A stretch of 64,000 nucleotides of DNA from Spirochaetia bacterium (GCA_965216965.1 CBDCGX010000010.1:6249-70248); one strand, 5' to 3'; positions 52,401 to 61,134 are shown, counted from the stretch's first letter. Notes: generated by a model not told the origin, from the sequence alone. Numbers and translations are program-made.

Positions 52401-53645
52401 CTATTTTATATATTTTGAGGGTTTTATATTTTTTATTCTTTGAAAGGAAATATAATTTACTATTCCAAAAACTGCTAGAAAGATTAAAGAAATTTCAATA
52501 AACATCCATAGGTTAAAATGGATTGGCAAATGAGTAGTGATTGTTCTATTAATAGCATTTACTTGAGGTAGAAAATGTGGTTTTGCTGATATTTCCCATG
52601 GTAATTCCATAGATATGTTCTGTTTGCTTAAAACGACTAAGGAGCCGATTGCAAAAACATTCCCTAGCAATAAAGCGATTATTAATAGGAAAACGCTTTC
52701 AGAAATAAATTGCCTCTTTAAATTCTTAAAACTCCATCCGATCATTCGCAAGATTGCAATTTCTTTTTCTCGGGTTTTAAAATTATAACTCACTAGCAAG
52801 CTAAAAATAATTAACAGAATTATTCCCAGAATGATAAACATAATTTTACCTAAAGATGAGACAATCTTAATTTGATCTAATATTTCTTTGTTAAAAGTTT
52901 TCTCGCTGAAAACAATATAATTTTTATTAAGTTTTTTAATTTCTTTTTCTTTGTTTCCTTGCCATTTTGGGTTGGCATCTAAAGCAACAACATTGATAAA
53001 GTTGTTGCTTTTAAATTTATAAATTCTTTGCATTTCAACAGAGCTTAAAATAATTTTTTGAGCTTTATCTAAGTTAAGATAAATATCAGCTGGAATAATA
53101 TTACTACTTAAGTTTGGTTTTAAAATCCCAGCTACTGTAAAACTTTTTTTTCCAAAATCAATTTTCGAATTTAGGTTTAGTTTATTCTTTTGGGCAAAAT
53201 CAGTGGTAATTAAAGCTTGGTTAGTAGACAAATTAAAATCACCTTGTTCTATATTTTGTTTTAAAAGTTTTTGAAAAGTGGAATTATCTGTTTTTATTCC
53301 TAAAACAGTTTTAAAATATTCTTCATCAAAATACCAAAAATAAAGTCCTTGGTCAGAATTTTGAATGAAATCAAGCTGGGAGATTCTAGATAACTCATCT
53401 TGGTAAATTGGTCCATTGGAATGCGGGAAAATAGCGCCAATCATCTGGTCAGGTATTTCTCCTGTTTTTTGTATGATTACACTAACACCAATTTTTTTAA
53501 AAGGAAGAGAAGCAACTTCTGGCAAGGATTTATTTAAGGTTAGTAGCACAGTTGATAATGTGAAATAAACAGTAATGCTTAAAATAAGAATAGTGATTTT
53601 TATTTTGTTGTTTTTACAAAAAGAAATGAAATAACTAAATATCAT
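52401..53645 (-). CDS. ABC transporter permease, FtsX/MacB family
   Basis: TM1 + large extracytoplasmic domain + REKEIAILRMIGWS + 3 TMs. Confidence 0.88.
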   Translation of the reverse strand: MIFSYFISFCKNNKIKITILILSITVYFTLSTVLLTLNKSLPEVASLPFKKIGVSVIIQKTGEIPDQMIGAIFPHSNGPIYQDELSRISQLDFIQNSDQGLYFWYFDEEYFKTVLGIKTDNSTFQKLLKQNIEQGDFNLSTNQALITTDFAQKNKLNLNSKIDFGKKSFTVAGILKPNLSSNIIPADIYLNLDKAQKIILSSVEMQRIYKFKSNNFINVVALDANPKWQGNKEKEIKKLNKNYIVFSEKTFNKEILDQIKIVSSLGKIMFIILGIILLIIFSLLVSYNFKTREKEIAILRMIGWSFKNLKRQFISESVFLLIIALLLGNVFAIGSLVVLSKQNISMELPWEISAKPHFLPQVNAINRTITTHLPIHFNLWMFIEISLIFLAVFGIVNYISFQRIKNIKPSKYIK

Positions 53646-53649
53646 AATA

Positions 53650-54714
53650 TCACAACCTAAAATTTTGGTTTAATAATGCTTCAATTCCTATGTAAGGTAA
53701 AACACTAAAATAAAATATGAGCAAAAAGATCAAACTGGTGAATAGAGAAAATACAATAATTAAAGAAGATTCAAAAAACATCCACTGTCGGGTTTTTTGT
53801 TTTGGCCAGCCAATTGTTTGAAGGATCCTTGTTTGCTTGCCAAGATCTATTTGATTCATTTTTAGAATCCAAAATATCAAAATAAGTGCTAAAAAACTGA
53901 TTCCGAAAGAAAAATAATCTCCAAATTTATAAATTAACCTGTTAAAAGATGATAAGTTTTTTAACAAACGATCTTTGGTTATGATAGAAATATTTGAGAA
54001 AATATTTCTAATTTCTTTTTGTACTTTAGATAACAAAGAAGCATTAGATAAAGATATATAAATTTGATTTATAATGGTTTTTTTTTGGTTGAGTAATGAA
54101 AGTGCTGTTTTATAAGGCATGAAAATTTGTGCATTTGACAAATTGCTTTCTTCTTTAAAATCAACTATACCTACTATTTTATAATCTTGATTATTTATTT
54201 TATATGAAGTGTTTAATTTATACCCAAATAATCTAGAAAAATGCCTTTCTAAAATTACTTCTAGAGCATTATCATTACTAAAAAAATTGCTTTTTGGCAT
54301 TAGCCAGTGTTCAATTTTTCGTAAACCGATTAGTGGATCGTTGACGTTTAGCCCAATAATTGTACGGTTGTTTTTAATATCAAATTGCCAAAGAACTAAA
54401 GAACTGGATGTTTCTTTTATTCCTTTAATATTGGAAAGCCTTTTTAAGACGTCATCTTTGTACAATGATTCTAGACTAAAAGGTTCAATTACTCCGGTTG
54501 TTTTTATCTGGTTAGCGTTTTTATTATTTTTATCCCATTGTAGAATGATTTCTGTTTTTAAGGAATTAAGCGGAGCATCAGCAAACTTTTTAATTTTGTT
54601 TATGAATAAAAAGGAAGTAAAAGCGAGAAAGAATAAAAAAGTAATCAATATTGTAATTAACGTGTTTTTTTTCCAATAGAAAAATAAATTTCTTAAAACA
54701 ATTCTTTTAATCAT
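53650..54714 (-). CDS. ABC transporter permease, FtsX/MacB family
   Basis: TM1, periplasmic domain (YKIVGIV, IFMPY), ILQTIGW. Confidence 0.82.
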   Translation of the reverse strand: MIKRIVLRNLFFYWKKNTLITILITFLFFLAFTSFLFINKIKKFADAPLNSLKTEIILQWDKNNKNANQIKTTGVIEPFSLESLYKDDVLKRLSNIKGIKETSSSLVLWQFDIKNNRTIIGLNVNDPLIGLRKIEHWLMPKSNFFSNDNALEVILERHFSRLFGYKLNTSYKINNQDYKIVGIVDFKEESNLSNAQIFMPYKTALSLLNQKKTIINQIYISLSNASLLSKVQKEIRNIFSNISIITKDRLLKNLSSFNRLIYKFGDYFSFGISFLALILIFWILKMNQIDLGKQTRILQTIGWPKQKTRQWMFFESSLIIVFSLFTSLIFLLIFYFSVLPYIGIEALLNQNFRL

Positions 54715-55199
54715 TTTTGATATTTATCAGGATTAGATAGTATTTTTTCTAAATAATCATAATTCCAAGAACCTTCCAAGGTTGGTACAAAAACATTGTC
54801 TTTTGGGAAATTTTTTAAAATTATTTCTTGTCCATCAATTAAAAAAGTATTTGTTCCTTTGATAAAAATTGCTACCGGAATATGGCCAAGTAAATTATAA
54901 TCTTTAATCTTTTGTTTGTTGTTTTTGTTATAAAAGTCATACTCTTTTAATTTATATTCTGGGAATTTTTTCAAAATACTTTCTATTCTTTTTTTGATTG
55001 GATTAATTGTCGAATGTGGAAGATAAAAAAACTCTACTAAGTTTTTTTCAACTTTTTGAGATTCGTTATTAGTGGATAAATTCTGAATAGTAGAATTATT
55101 TATTGGATGATTATTTTGATTTGATAATTTCCAAGAAACTATTCCTCCGATAAGAATAGCAATGAGAATAGAAATAATAAATAGATTTTTTTTCTTCAT
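54711..55199 (-). CDS. Membrane-anchored extracytoplasmic hypothetical protein
   Basis: N-terminal TM; overlaps both neighbours by 4 nt; YLPH, GHIPVAIFI, NFP..GSW; no Cys. Confidence 0.75.
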   Translation of the reverse strand: MKKKNLFIISILIAILIGGIVSWKLSNQNNHPINNSTIQNLSTNNESQKVEKNLVEFFYLPHSTINPIKKRIESILKKFPEYKLKEYDFYNKNNKQKIKDYNLLGHIPVAIFIKGTNTFLIDGQEIILKNFPKDNVFVPTLEGSWNYDYLEKILSNPDKYQK

Positions 55200-55855
55200 A
55201 ATGCCTCTAAATTTTGTTTTGTTAATTGATAATTTTTTTGCATTTTCCGTGCAATATCATTATCATGTGTAATAATAATAAAAGAAGTGGATAATTCTTG
55301 ATGTAATGTGTTAAAAAGCCCCATAATATTTCCCGATGTTGCTTCGTCTAAATTTCCTGTTGGTTCATCGGCTAAAACTATTTTTGGTTTTCCTACTAAA
55401 CTACGAGCAATTGCTACTCTTTGTTTTTCGCCCCCGCTTAGATTGTCAACTGTTTCTGTTAGTTTATTTTCAAGTTCTACAAGTTTAATCATATTTTCAA
55501 CAATTTTCTTTTTGTTTTCTTTTTTCATATCTTTTCTGGGATGAATAGCTAAGTATACATTATCAAACACTGATAGTGACGGAATGATTTTGAAATCCTG
55601 AAAAACAATACCGATATTTAGAAGGCGAAAATGTGCCAATTCTTCTTCATTCAAATTAGTAATTTCTTTATTTTCAAAGAATATCTTCCCCTCATCAGGC
55701 TTTACTAATCCTGCTAAAATAGAAAGTAAAGTTGTTTTACCGACTCCTGATTTTCCAATAATACTGATAAATTCTTTTTCTCCAATTGAGAAATTAATGT
55801 TTTTTAAAACTTCTTGAGTATTATATTTTTTTGAAATTGATTTTAATTTTAGCAT
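55196..55855 (-). CDS. ABC transporter ATP-binding protein (LolD/MacB type)
   Basis: GKSGVGKTT, LSGGEKQRVAIAR, LADEPTGNLD, ITHD. Confidence 0.96.
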   Translation of the reverse strand: MLKLKSISKKYNTQEVLKNINFSIGEKEFISIIGKSGVGKTTLLSILAGLVKPDEGKIFFENKEITNLNEEELAHFRLLNIGIVFQDFKIIPSLSVFDNVYLAIHPRKDMKKENKKKIVENMIKLVELENKLTETVDNLSGGEKQRVAIARSLVGKPKIVLADEPTGNLDEATSGNIMGLFNTLHQELSTSFIIITHDNDIARKMQKNYQLTKQNLEAL

Positions 55856-55856
55856 G

Positions 55857-56132
55857 TTATTTTTTATAAAGATTAATAATTTGTTTTAGTTTTTTAATTT
55901 TTTCTTCTGACACTTTTTTATTGGCTATAAAATCATTTAAAATAAAGCCTTCTAAAGTTTTAGCACGTAAGGAGTCAAACGATTTTACAACTGAAGTTGT
56001 TAGTTGTGCGATTTTTCCACAACATTCATCTTGTTCAATATATTTCTTAAGCGTTTTAAATTGCCCTTGAATACGATTTAAATGATTAATAGTTTGTTTG
56101 CGTTTTTCTTTTATTTCTTTTGTAATTTTCAT
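55857..56132 (-). CDS. CsoR/RcnR-family metal-sensing repressor
   Basis: HLNRIQGQ..IEQDECC..Q; 91 aa; GGAG RBS. Confidence 0.82.
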   Translation of the reverse strand: MKITKEIKEKRKQTINHLNRIQGQFKTLKKYIEQDECCGKIAQLTTSVVKSFDSLRAKTLEGFILNDFIANKKVSEEKIKKLKQIINLYKK

Positions 56133-56148
56133 GAAACACTCCAGTATC

Positions 56149-56201
56149 TATACCCCTATACCTATATTATATAGGATAGGAAAATTAATTTATTTTGTCA
56201 A
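56149..56201 (-). promoter_or_regulatory. Promoter and candidate operator of the CsoR-ABC operon
   Basis: Minus strand TTGACA-N17-TATCCT; inverted repeat CCTAT(A)CCTATA-TTA-TATAGGATAGG at 56155-56180; adjacent TATACCCC tract. Confidence 0.6.
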
Positions 56202-56240
56202 TAAGTTTTAATAAATATTTAGTTTTAATTTATTTTTGTA

Positions 56241-56374
56241 ATATTGATGAAAACACTAGTAACTAAAGAATACTCCGTAGGATATATTACTCGTTATTTG
56301 AATGAAAATGATATTTTAATCAAAAATAAAAAATATGGCATAGGAATACTCTTTCTAAAATATTATTGAGTTAA
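56241..56374 (+). pseudogene. Possible C-terminal relic of a serine recombinase
   Basis: ILMKTLVTKEYSVGYITRYLNENDILIKNKK then, after a -1 shift, WHRNTLSKILLS*; resembles S..IA..LN..GI....W.......IL. Confidence 0.45.
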
Positions 56375-56411
56375 GCTTAACAAAGTATGCAGTATAGTGT
56401 ATGCTAAACTC

Positions 56412-56778
56412 ATGGATCAGATATTAAAGAAATATCAGACATTATCCCAAAAATGCAGATTCAGAATAATGCATCTTCTAATCAAAGTAGAATCTCCGTT
56501 ATGTATTTGTGAACTCATGGACGTTCTTCATAAACCTCAATATAAAATTTCCAGGTGTTTATCGATACTTAAGGAAGCAAATCTTATTAATGAAGAACAC
56601 GACGGGCGACTTTTAATGCATAGCTCTGATTTATCAGAGCCTTTAAATGAAAATCTATTTGACAGTGTTCAATTAGTAAGCATAAAAGAAAATACAGATT
56701 TAATCGTTGATATTAATACACTGAATGACAGATTAGCTTTAAGAAAAAAATGGAAAGGTTGTAACTTACAACAAATGA
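56412..56778 (+). CDS. arsR: ArsR/SmtB-family repressor; C-terminus probably frameshifted at an A7 run (56744-56750)
   Basis: RFRIMHLL, PLCICEL alpha3 site, ISRCLSILKEANLI; removing one A ends the protein RKNGKVVTYNK*. Confidence 0.82.
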
Positions 56779-56797
56779 TATTTTTTTATATTTTTAC

Positions 56798-56819
56798 TAT
56801 GCATGGATTTGCATGCATA
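56798..56819. promoter_or_regulatory. Candidate ArsR operator
   Basis: TATGCATG-GATTTG-CATGCATA inverted repeat between arsR and the permease, next to a GGAG RBS. Confidence 0.55.
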
Positions 56820-56971
56820 TGGAGTATTAATTATGAAGAACTAGGGAAACGCATCAGAAAACGAAATTGTATGCTACTGCTTGTAAATTGTTAATGTAAT
56901 TAAAATGAAAAATATGAATGAAAAATATCTAATCAAAATTGGGCTATATTATCAATTGTTTGAGGTGAGAT

Positions 56972-57946
56972 ATGTTTGTGATATTTAGTAAACTTGCTGA
57001 TTTAATCATTTTTGACTTATTTGCATTAACTAAAGGAACAAAGCTAGCTAATGCCCTTCATTTCTTTGTTGAAGATACAACAAAGATATTCTTTTTAATT
57101 ATAATAATGATTTATATTATTGCGATTTTGAGAGCATCTTTAAATATGGAGTTTATTCGAACCCATTTACAAGTACGTTCTAAATGGTTTGGATATGGAG
57201 CTGCATCTGCATTTGGTGCGGTTACCCCCTTTTGTAGTTGTTCTAGTATTCCAATGTTTTTGGGTTTTACTTCGGTTGGGATACCAACTGGTGTCACGCT
57301 TGCTTTTCTAATAACCTCGCCTCTTATTAATGAGGTAGCTGTTGTTTTATTAGGTTCCCTCCTAGGTTGGAAATTTACTGCAGTATATATTACTGCAGGT
57401 CTTTCTGTAGGAATAATTGGAGGTTTTCTTTTTGACTATCTTAAAGCAGATAAGCAGTTACAGCCGCTTGCATCAAAAATACGTGATGATGAAACGACTG
57501 TAAATGAGAATATTGTGCAACAAAAATTATCTATGCACGATCGCCATCTCTTTGCAAAACAAGAAACTATTGAAATTTTTAGACATATTTGGAAGTGGGG
57601 TATCTTTGGTGTTGGAGTCGGTGCTGCATTACATGGATTTGTACCAGAAAGCTGGATTTCAAACCATCTTGGTAATGGAACGTGGTGGTCAGTACCTATA
57701 GCTGTTCTTATGGGAATACCACTTTATAGTAATGCTTCAGGGATGATTCCCGTTGTTGAAACTCTACTTGCTAAAGGACTTCCTGTGGGTACAGCTCTTG
57801 CCTTAATGATGTCAACCGTTGGAGCAAGCTTTCCCGAGTTCATTTTGTTAAAAAAAGTTTTAAAGCCAAAGCTTTTAGCTTGGTTATTTATTTACTTTCT
57901 AATATCATTTACAATGATTGGGTGGCTAATTAATTTTTTATTTTAA
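56972..57946 (+). CDS. arsP: ArsP/DUF318-family permease
   Basis: VTPFCSCSSIP, FLITSPLINE, HGFVP, GIPLYSNA, GTALALMM; multi-TM. Confidence 0.88.
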   Translation: MFVIFSKLADLIIFDLFALTKGTKLANALHFFVEDTTKIFFLIIIMIYIIAILRASLNMEFIRTHLQVRSKWFGYGAASAFGAVTPFCSCSSIPMFLGFTSVGIPTGVTLAFLITSPLINEVAVVLLGSLLGWKFTAVYITAGLSVGIIGGFLFDYLKADKQLQPLASKIRDDETTVNENIVQQKLSMHDRHLFAKQETIEIFRHIWKWGIFGVGVGAALHGFVPESWISNHLGNGTWWSVPIAVLMGIPLYSNASGMIPVVETLLAKGLPVGTALALMMSTVGASFPEFILLKKVLKPKLLAWLFIYFLISFTMIGWLINFLF

Positions 57947-57957
57947 AAGAGAAAAAC

Positions 57958-58293
57958 ATGAGTGAAAAAAAGAAGGATGTGTTTTCAGTGGGCAATAAAT
58001 TTAATCTTTGCTTGTTCAAATGCTGCTGGTGTTGAAGGTATATCCGATCAAATAGTAAGAAAAATGACAAAGGACAGATCTGAAAAAAAATTAGCAATAG
58101 TTATGGATGCCCTGTTGTTTGTACAAAAAAGTTGCTTGAGAGAAACGGATTTAATGAGCTCAAATATGTGGAACTGATAAGTATTGGTTTTAAGAAAGAA
58201 AGAACGCCAATCTCGGAAGAAGCGATAAATACTGCTTCTGAGAAAGGCAAAGAGTTATTTTACTGTTATAATAAATATAAAGAATTATTATGA
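57958..58293 (+). pseudogene. DGC-domain (putative Zn-binding) protein, frameshifted with an internal deletion
   Basis: LIFACSNAAGVEGISDQIVRKM in one frame, GCPVVCTKKLLERNGF..IGFKKERTP in another; the usual central segment appears missing. Confidence 0.7.
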
Positions 58294-58520
58294 TAATTAA
58301 AATTTTAGGTAGTGGATGTTTGAAGTGTAAAATGCTGGAGAAAAACACCAGAAAAGCGGTTGATGAGTCTGGGATAGATGCTGAAGTGATAAAAGTAACG
58401 GATCTTAACGACATTATGAGTTATGGAGTAATGGTAACACCTGCTTTAGTTATAGATGAAGAAGTAAAATCGGTCGGGAAGATCCTATCGCCGGATCAAA
58501 TTATTTCATTTCTCAAATAA
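58290..58520 (+). CDS. Small thioredoxin-family redox protein (MTH895-like)
   Basis: IKILGSGCLKC, YGVMVTPALVID; 76 aa. Confidence 0.92.
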   Translation: MIIKILGSGCLKCKMLEKNTRKAVDESGIDAEVIKVTDLNDIMSYGVMVTPALVIDEEVKSVGKILSPDQIISFLK

Positions 58521-58591
58521 AGTAAAGAAACAATGATGGTAGAAATATTCTCACTACATTATTATCTCTATGCCATTTTCAAGTATTCCAG

Positions 58592-59193
58592 TAAACGAGT
58601 AGGGGCTACCCAGGAAGCAGTTCTAAAGAAGATTGCTCCTTAAATATTGAATGTTTTCAAAGAATAAAAGCTATTAAAGACAGTGAGTAATATGCCGAAA
58701 TTATAAATATGGATCTTCCATTTCTTTGCTCTTTTATGACTGTAGATAATGCTGGCGAAAAAAACATACGTTTTTTCTTGAAGCTTTCACATAAGTGCAA
58801 ATATAAGGAGCAGTATGAAGATAAAACGATGTAACCCATATAAAGTTACTCAAGAAGTAATAAAAATGGCAAAAAAAGATGCAATATGTATACATTGTCT
58901 TCCTGAAAAAAGAGACTATGAGGTTCCCGATGAAGTAATCGATGGGAAACAATATCGTGTATGGCAACACGCAGAAAATAAAAAACACTTTGCAAAGGCT
59001 GTATTGCTTGCATGTTTATAAATAATATAATATAATGAAATGTATATTTTTGAAGGAGAGGATATGAAGAAAATATTTTTAAAAATTTATATAGCTATAT
59101 GTATAGTGACTACCTTTGGTACAGGGATAGTTTTTGCACAAAGTATTGGTGATATAGAAATTATCAATCAGAAATTAGAAGAATTATACGCTA
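58592..59193 (+). repeat. Right copy of direct duplication (clpX 3' remnant + deleted argF + start of intact gene 59064)
   Basis: taaacgagta..ctaaagaagattgctcctta..atggatcttccatttctt..ataaaacgatgtaa..gcatgttta matches the left copy. Confidence 0.92.
58709..59021 (+). pseudogene. argF: argF remnant with a ~630-bp internal deletion
   Basis: MDLPFLCSFMTVDNAGEK joined out of frame to KIKRCNPYKVTQEV..HCLP; STRT and HPTQ motifs lost. Confidence 0.9.
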
Positions 59194-59516
59194 CTGAATA
59201 TGGATATGTTGCTCGTTATGCTACATCCGATTTATATAGAGGGGAATTATATATTCCACGAGCGTGGTTTGTTTCTATAGATAAAAAAGAGGGAGATCCA
59301 GATATTTATGCACAACAAGTAACAACTGCAGCAGACTATTCTCTCCCATATCTTAGACTTGTCTATGTTGATAAAGTACTCAAAAGAATTCGACTGATAG
59401 TACCGAAGGAATATTCTAGAAGTGGTGTTCCTCCTTATAAAGGAAGATTGACTAAGGAAGAGCTTAAAGTGAAATTTGATGAACAAGCTGCAAGCGGTGT
59501 TATTACAGTACGCTAG
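59064..59516 (+). CDS. Hypothetical exported protein
   Basis: GGAGAGG RBS, signal peptide ending VFA/Q. Confidence 0.75.
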   Translation: MKKIFLKIYIAICIVTTFGTGIVFAQSIGDIEIINQKLEELYATEYGYVARYATSDLYRGELYIPRAWFVSIDKKEGDPDIYAQQVTTAADYSLPYLRLVYVDKVLKRIRLIVPKEYSRSGVPPYKGRLTKEELKVKFDEQAASGVITVR

Positions 59517-59527
59517 GCTACAGTAGC

Positions 59528-60532
59528 GTGTTACAAAAGCCATTAGAAGATAATTTAAAAAAACTTAAGAAGTTTATAAGTTCGTATCGGATTTTTTATG
59601 TCATGGGACATGAGAAACCTGATGGGGATTGCATTGGATCTCAGCTTGCGTGTGCAGGGTTGCTTAAGAAGCTTAACAAAAAAGTACACATACTTTCTTC
59701 GGGGCCTTTTTCTGATGCTGTATCTCAATTATATAGAGCATTCTTTCCAATGTATCCTCCTTCAGAGGATGTTGTAAGGGCTCATAAAGGTGATGCTGCC
59801 GTTATTTGTGTTGATACGTCCTCTCCTAGTCGATTAGGTCATTTCTTTTTGCCACTTAAGGATCTTCCTTTAGCGGTTATAGATCATCATGCCGAAGGAG
59901 AGTCATATGGAGAGGTGAAGTATATAGATCAAACGGCCTCTTCAAATACCCTTCTCATATATAGACTTTTTAAAGAGTATAGAATAGTTCCTACAAAAGA
60001 AGATGCATATTTTATATTGTTGGGTCTCCTTACCGACACTCAATTTTTCCGTTTTGTGTCTGCAAAAAACACCGAGCCTTTTGAGGTTGCTGCAAAAATG
60101 GTAAGGTTAGGAGTATCGCCACGAGAGATATATAGGCAAATCGAATTTGGATACACGTTTTTATCAAGAAAGATTCTTGCAACTATACTCAATAGAGCTA
60201 CTCGTGTAAATAATAATCGAATTGTGCTTACGCATATAAGACATGGTGATTATATGTATAAAGATGATATTCCTCAGTCATATGAAGTATACCAAATACT
60301 TCAAGGAGTACAAAAGATAGAGATCGTTGTATATATTCATGAAGATGTGAGAGATGATGGTAGTGTAGTATGCAAGATAGGATTGCGATCTCAAAGAATA
60401 GTAGATGTTGCAAAAATAGCAAGATCATTTAATGGGGGAGGGCATACTAAGGCATCGGGTTTTATGATAGCAAAGCCACTTTCTGAGGTATGGGATTTTC
60501 TTAAGAAGTATTTTGATGAGCTTTCTATATGA
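59528..60532 (+). CDS. nrnA: DHH/DHHA1 phosphoesterase (NrnA-like nanoRNase/pAp phosphatase)
   Basis: HEKPDGDCIGS, VDT, IDHH, GLLTDT, GGGH. Confidence 0.88.
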   Translation: MLQKPLEDNLKKLKKFISSYRIFYVMGHEKPDGDCIGSQLACAGLLKKLNKKVHILSSGPFSDAVSQLYRAFFPMYPPSEDVVRAHKGDAAVICVDTSSPSRLGHFFLPLKDLPLAVIDHHAEGESYGEVKYIDQTASSNTLLIYRLFKEYRIVPTKEDAYFILLGLLTDTQFFRFVSAKNTEPFEVAAKMVRLGVSPREIYRQIEFGYTFLSRKILATILNRATRVNNNRIVLTHIRHGDYMYKDDIPQSYEVYQILQGVQKIEIVVYIHEDVRDDGSVVCKIGLRSQRIVDVAKIARSFNGGGHTKASGFMIAKPLSEVWDFLKKYFDELSI

Positions 60533-61061
60533 ATGATAATGTGTAATAAAAAACAGTAGAGTAACTGTTCTTATTAGAGAACTCCAAAAGAAGAAGGAAA
60601 GAAAGAAAGCAATAGGAGTAAAGAGAAATAACAATAACAAGCCAATCTTTCCAATTAGGGGGCAACATAGAAGCAGGCTGTTTTTATAGTCTTCATCACA
60701 ATAATAAATATTGCTAACCAAAATTTTAAAACATATTCTTTATGCTGTTGATCCTGATGTGTATCAAACCTATGGTCTTGAATATATCATCTCTGTTCCA
60801 TTGTCCAGTTTATTTGAACAATACTTTGATTTTTTTGGGGAGGTTTTATAAAGTTAGGAAATTTGTATATCTTTTTTGTTATTTTTTGATATGTTTTTAA
60901 TTAATCTAATTTTTTTATTGTAATGCGATTTAATATTATGTTAACTTGCTATTTTAGAAGTCTTTTTACCAATTTTGAAAATGTTAATGGGTTTCTTAAC
61001 AGTTTTTTGTATCCTTGCAAAATATTCTTCTCCGTAATTCAAAATGCATTGCTAATCGTAG

Positions 61062-61134
61062 CTCCCCCAGTTGGACTCGAACCAACGACCCGATGGTTAA
61101 CAGCCATCTGCTCTACCAGCTGAGCTACAGGGGA
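61062..61134 (-). tRNA. tRNA-Asn(GTT), CCA not encoded
   Basis: Reverse complement TCCCCTGTAGCTCAGCTGGTAGAGCAGATGGCTGTTAACCATCGGGTCGTTGGTTCGAGTCCAACTGGGGGAG. Confidence 0.97.

Larger units (their letters stand above)
52380..58591. mobile_element. Horizontally acquired metal/metalloid-resistance island
   Basis: Accessory genes bracketed by a duplicated host segment; internal gene decay; putative recombinase relic; no intact integrase. Confidence 0.75.

Noticed and set aside
56779-56894. Cys-containing C-terminal extension of the ArsR ORF in the track
   Set aside because: Probably read-through from an extra A in the A7 run; it runs across the operator-like palindrome.
58533-58643. Short ORF fusing island DNA to the duplicated clpX tail
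   Set aside because: Only 36 codons with no clear RBS; a likely by-product of the junction.
58815-59021. 68-aa ArgF C-terminal ORF as a functional mini-protein
   Set aside because: Lacks carbamoyl-phosphate motifs, has several non-conservative changes and a premature stop.
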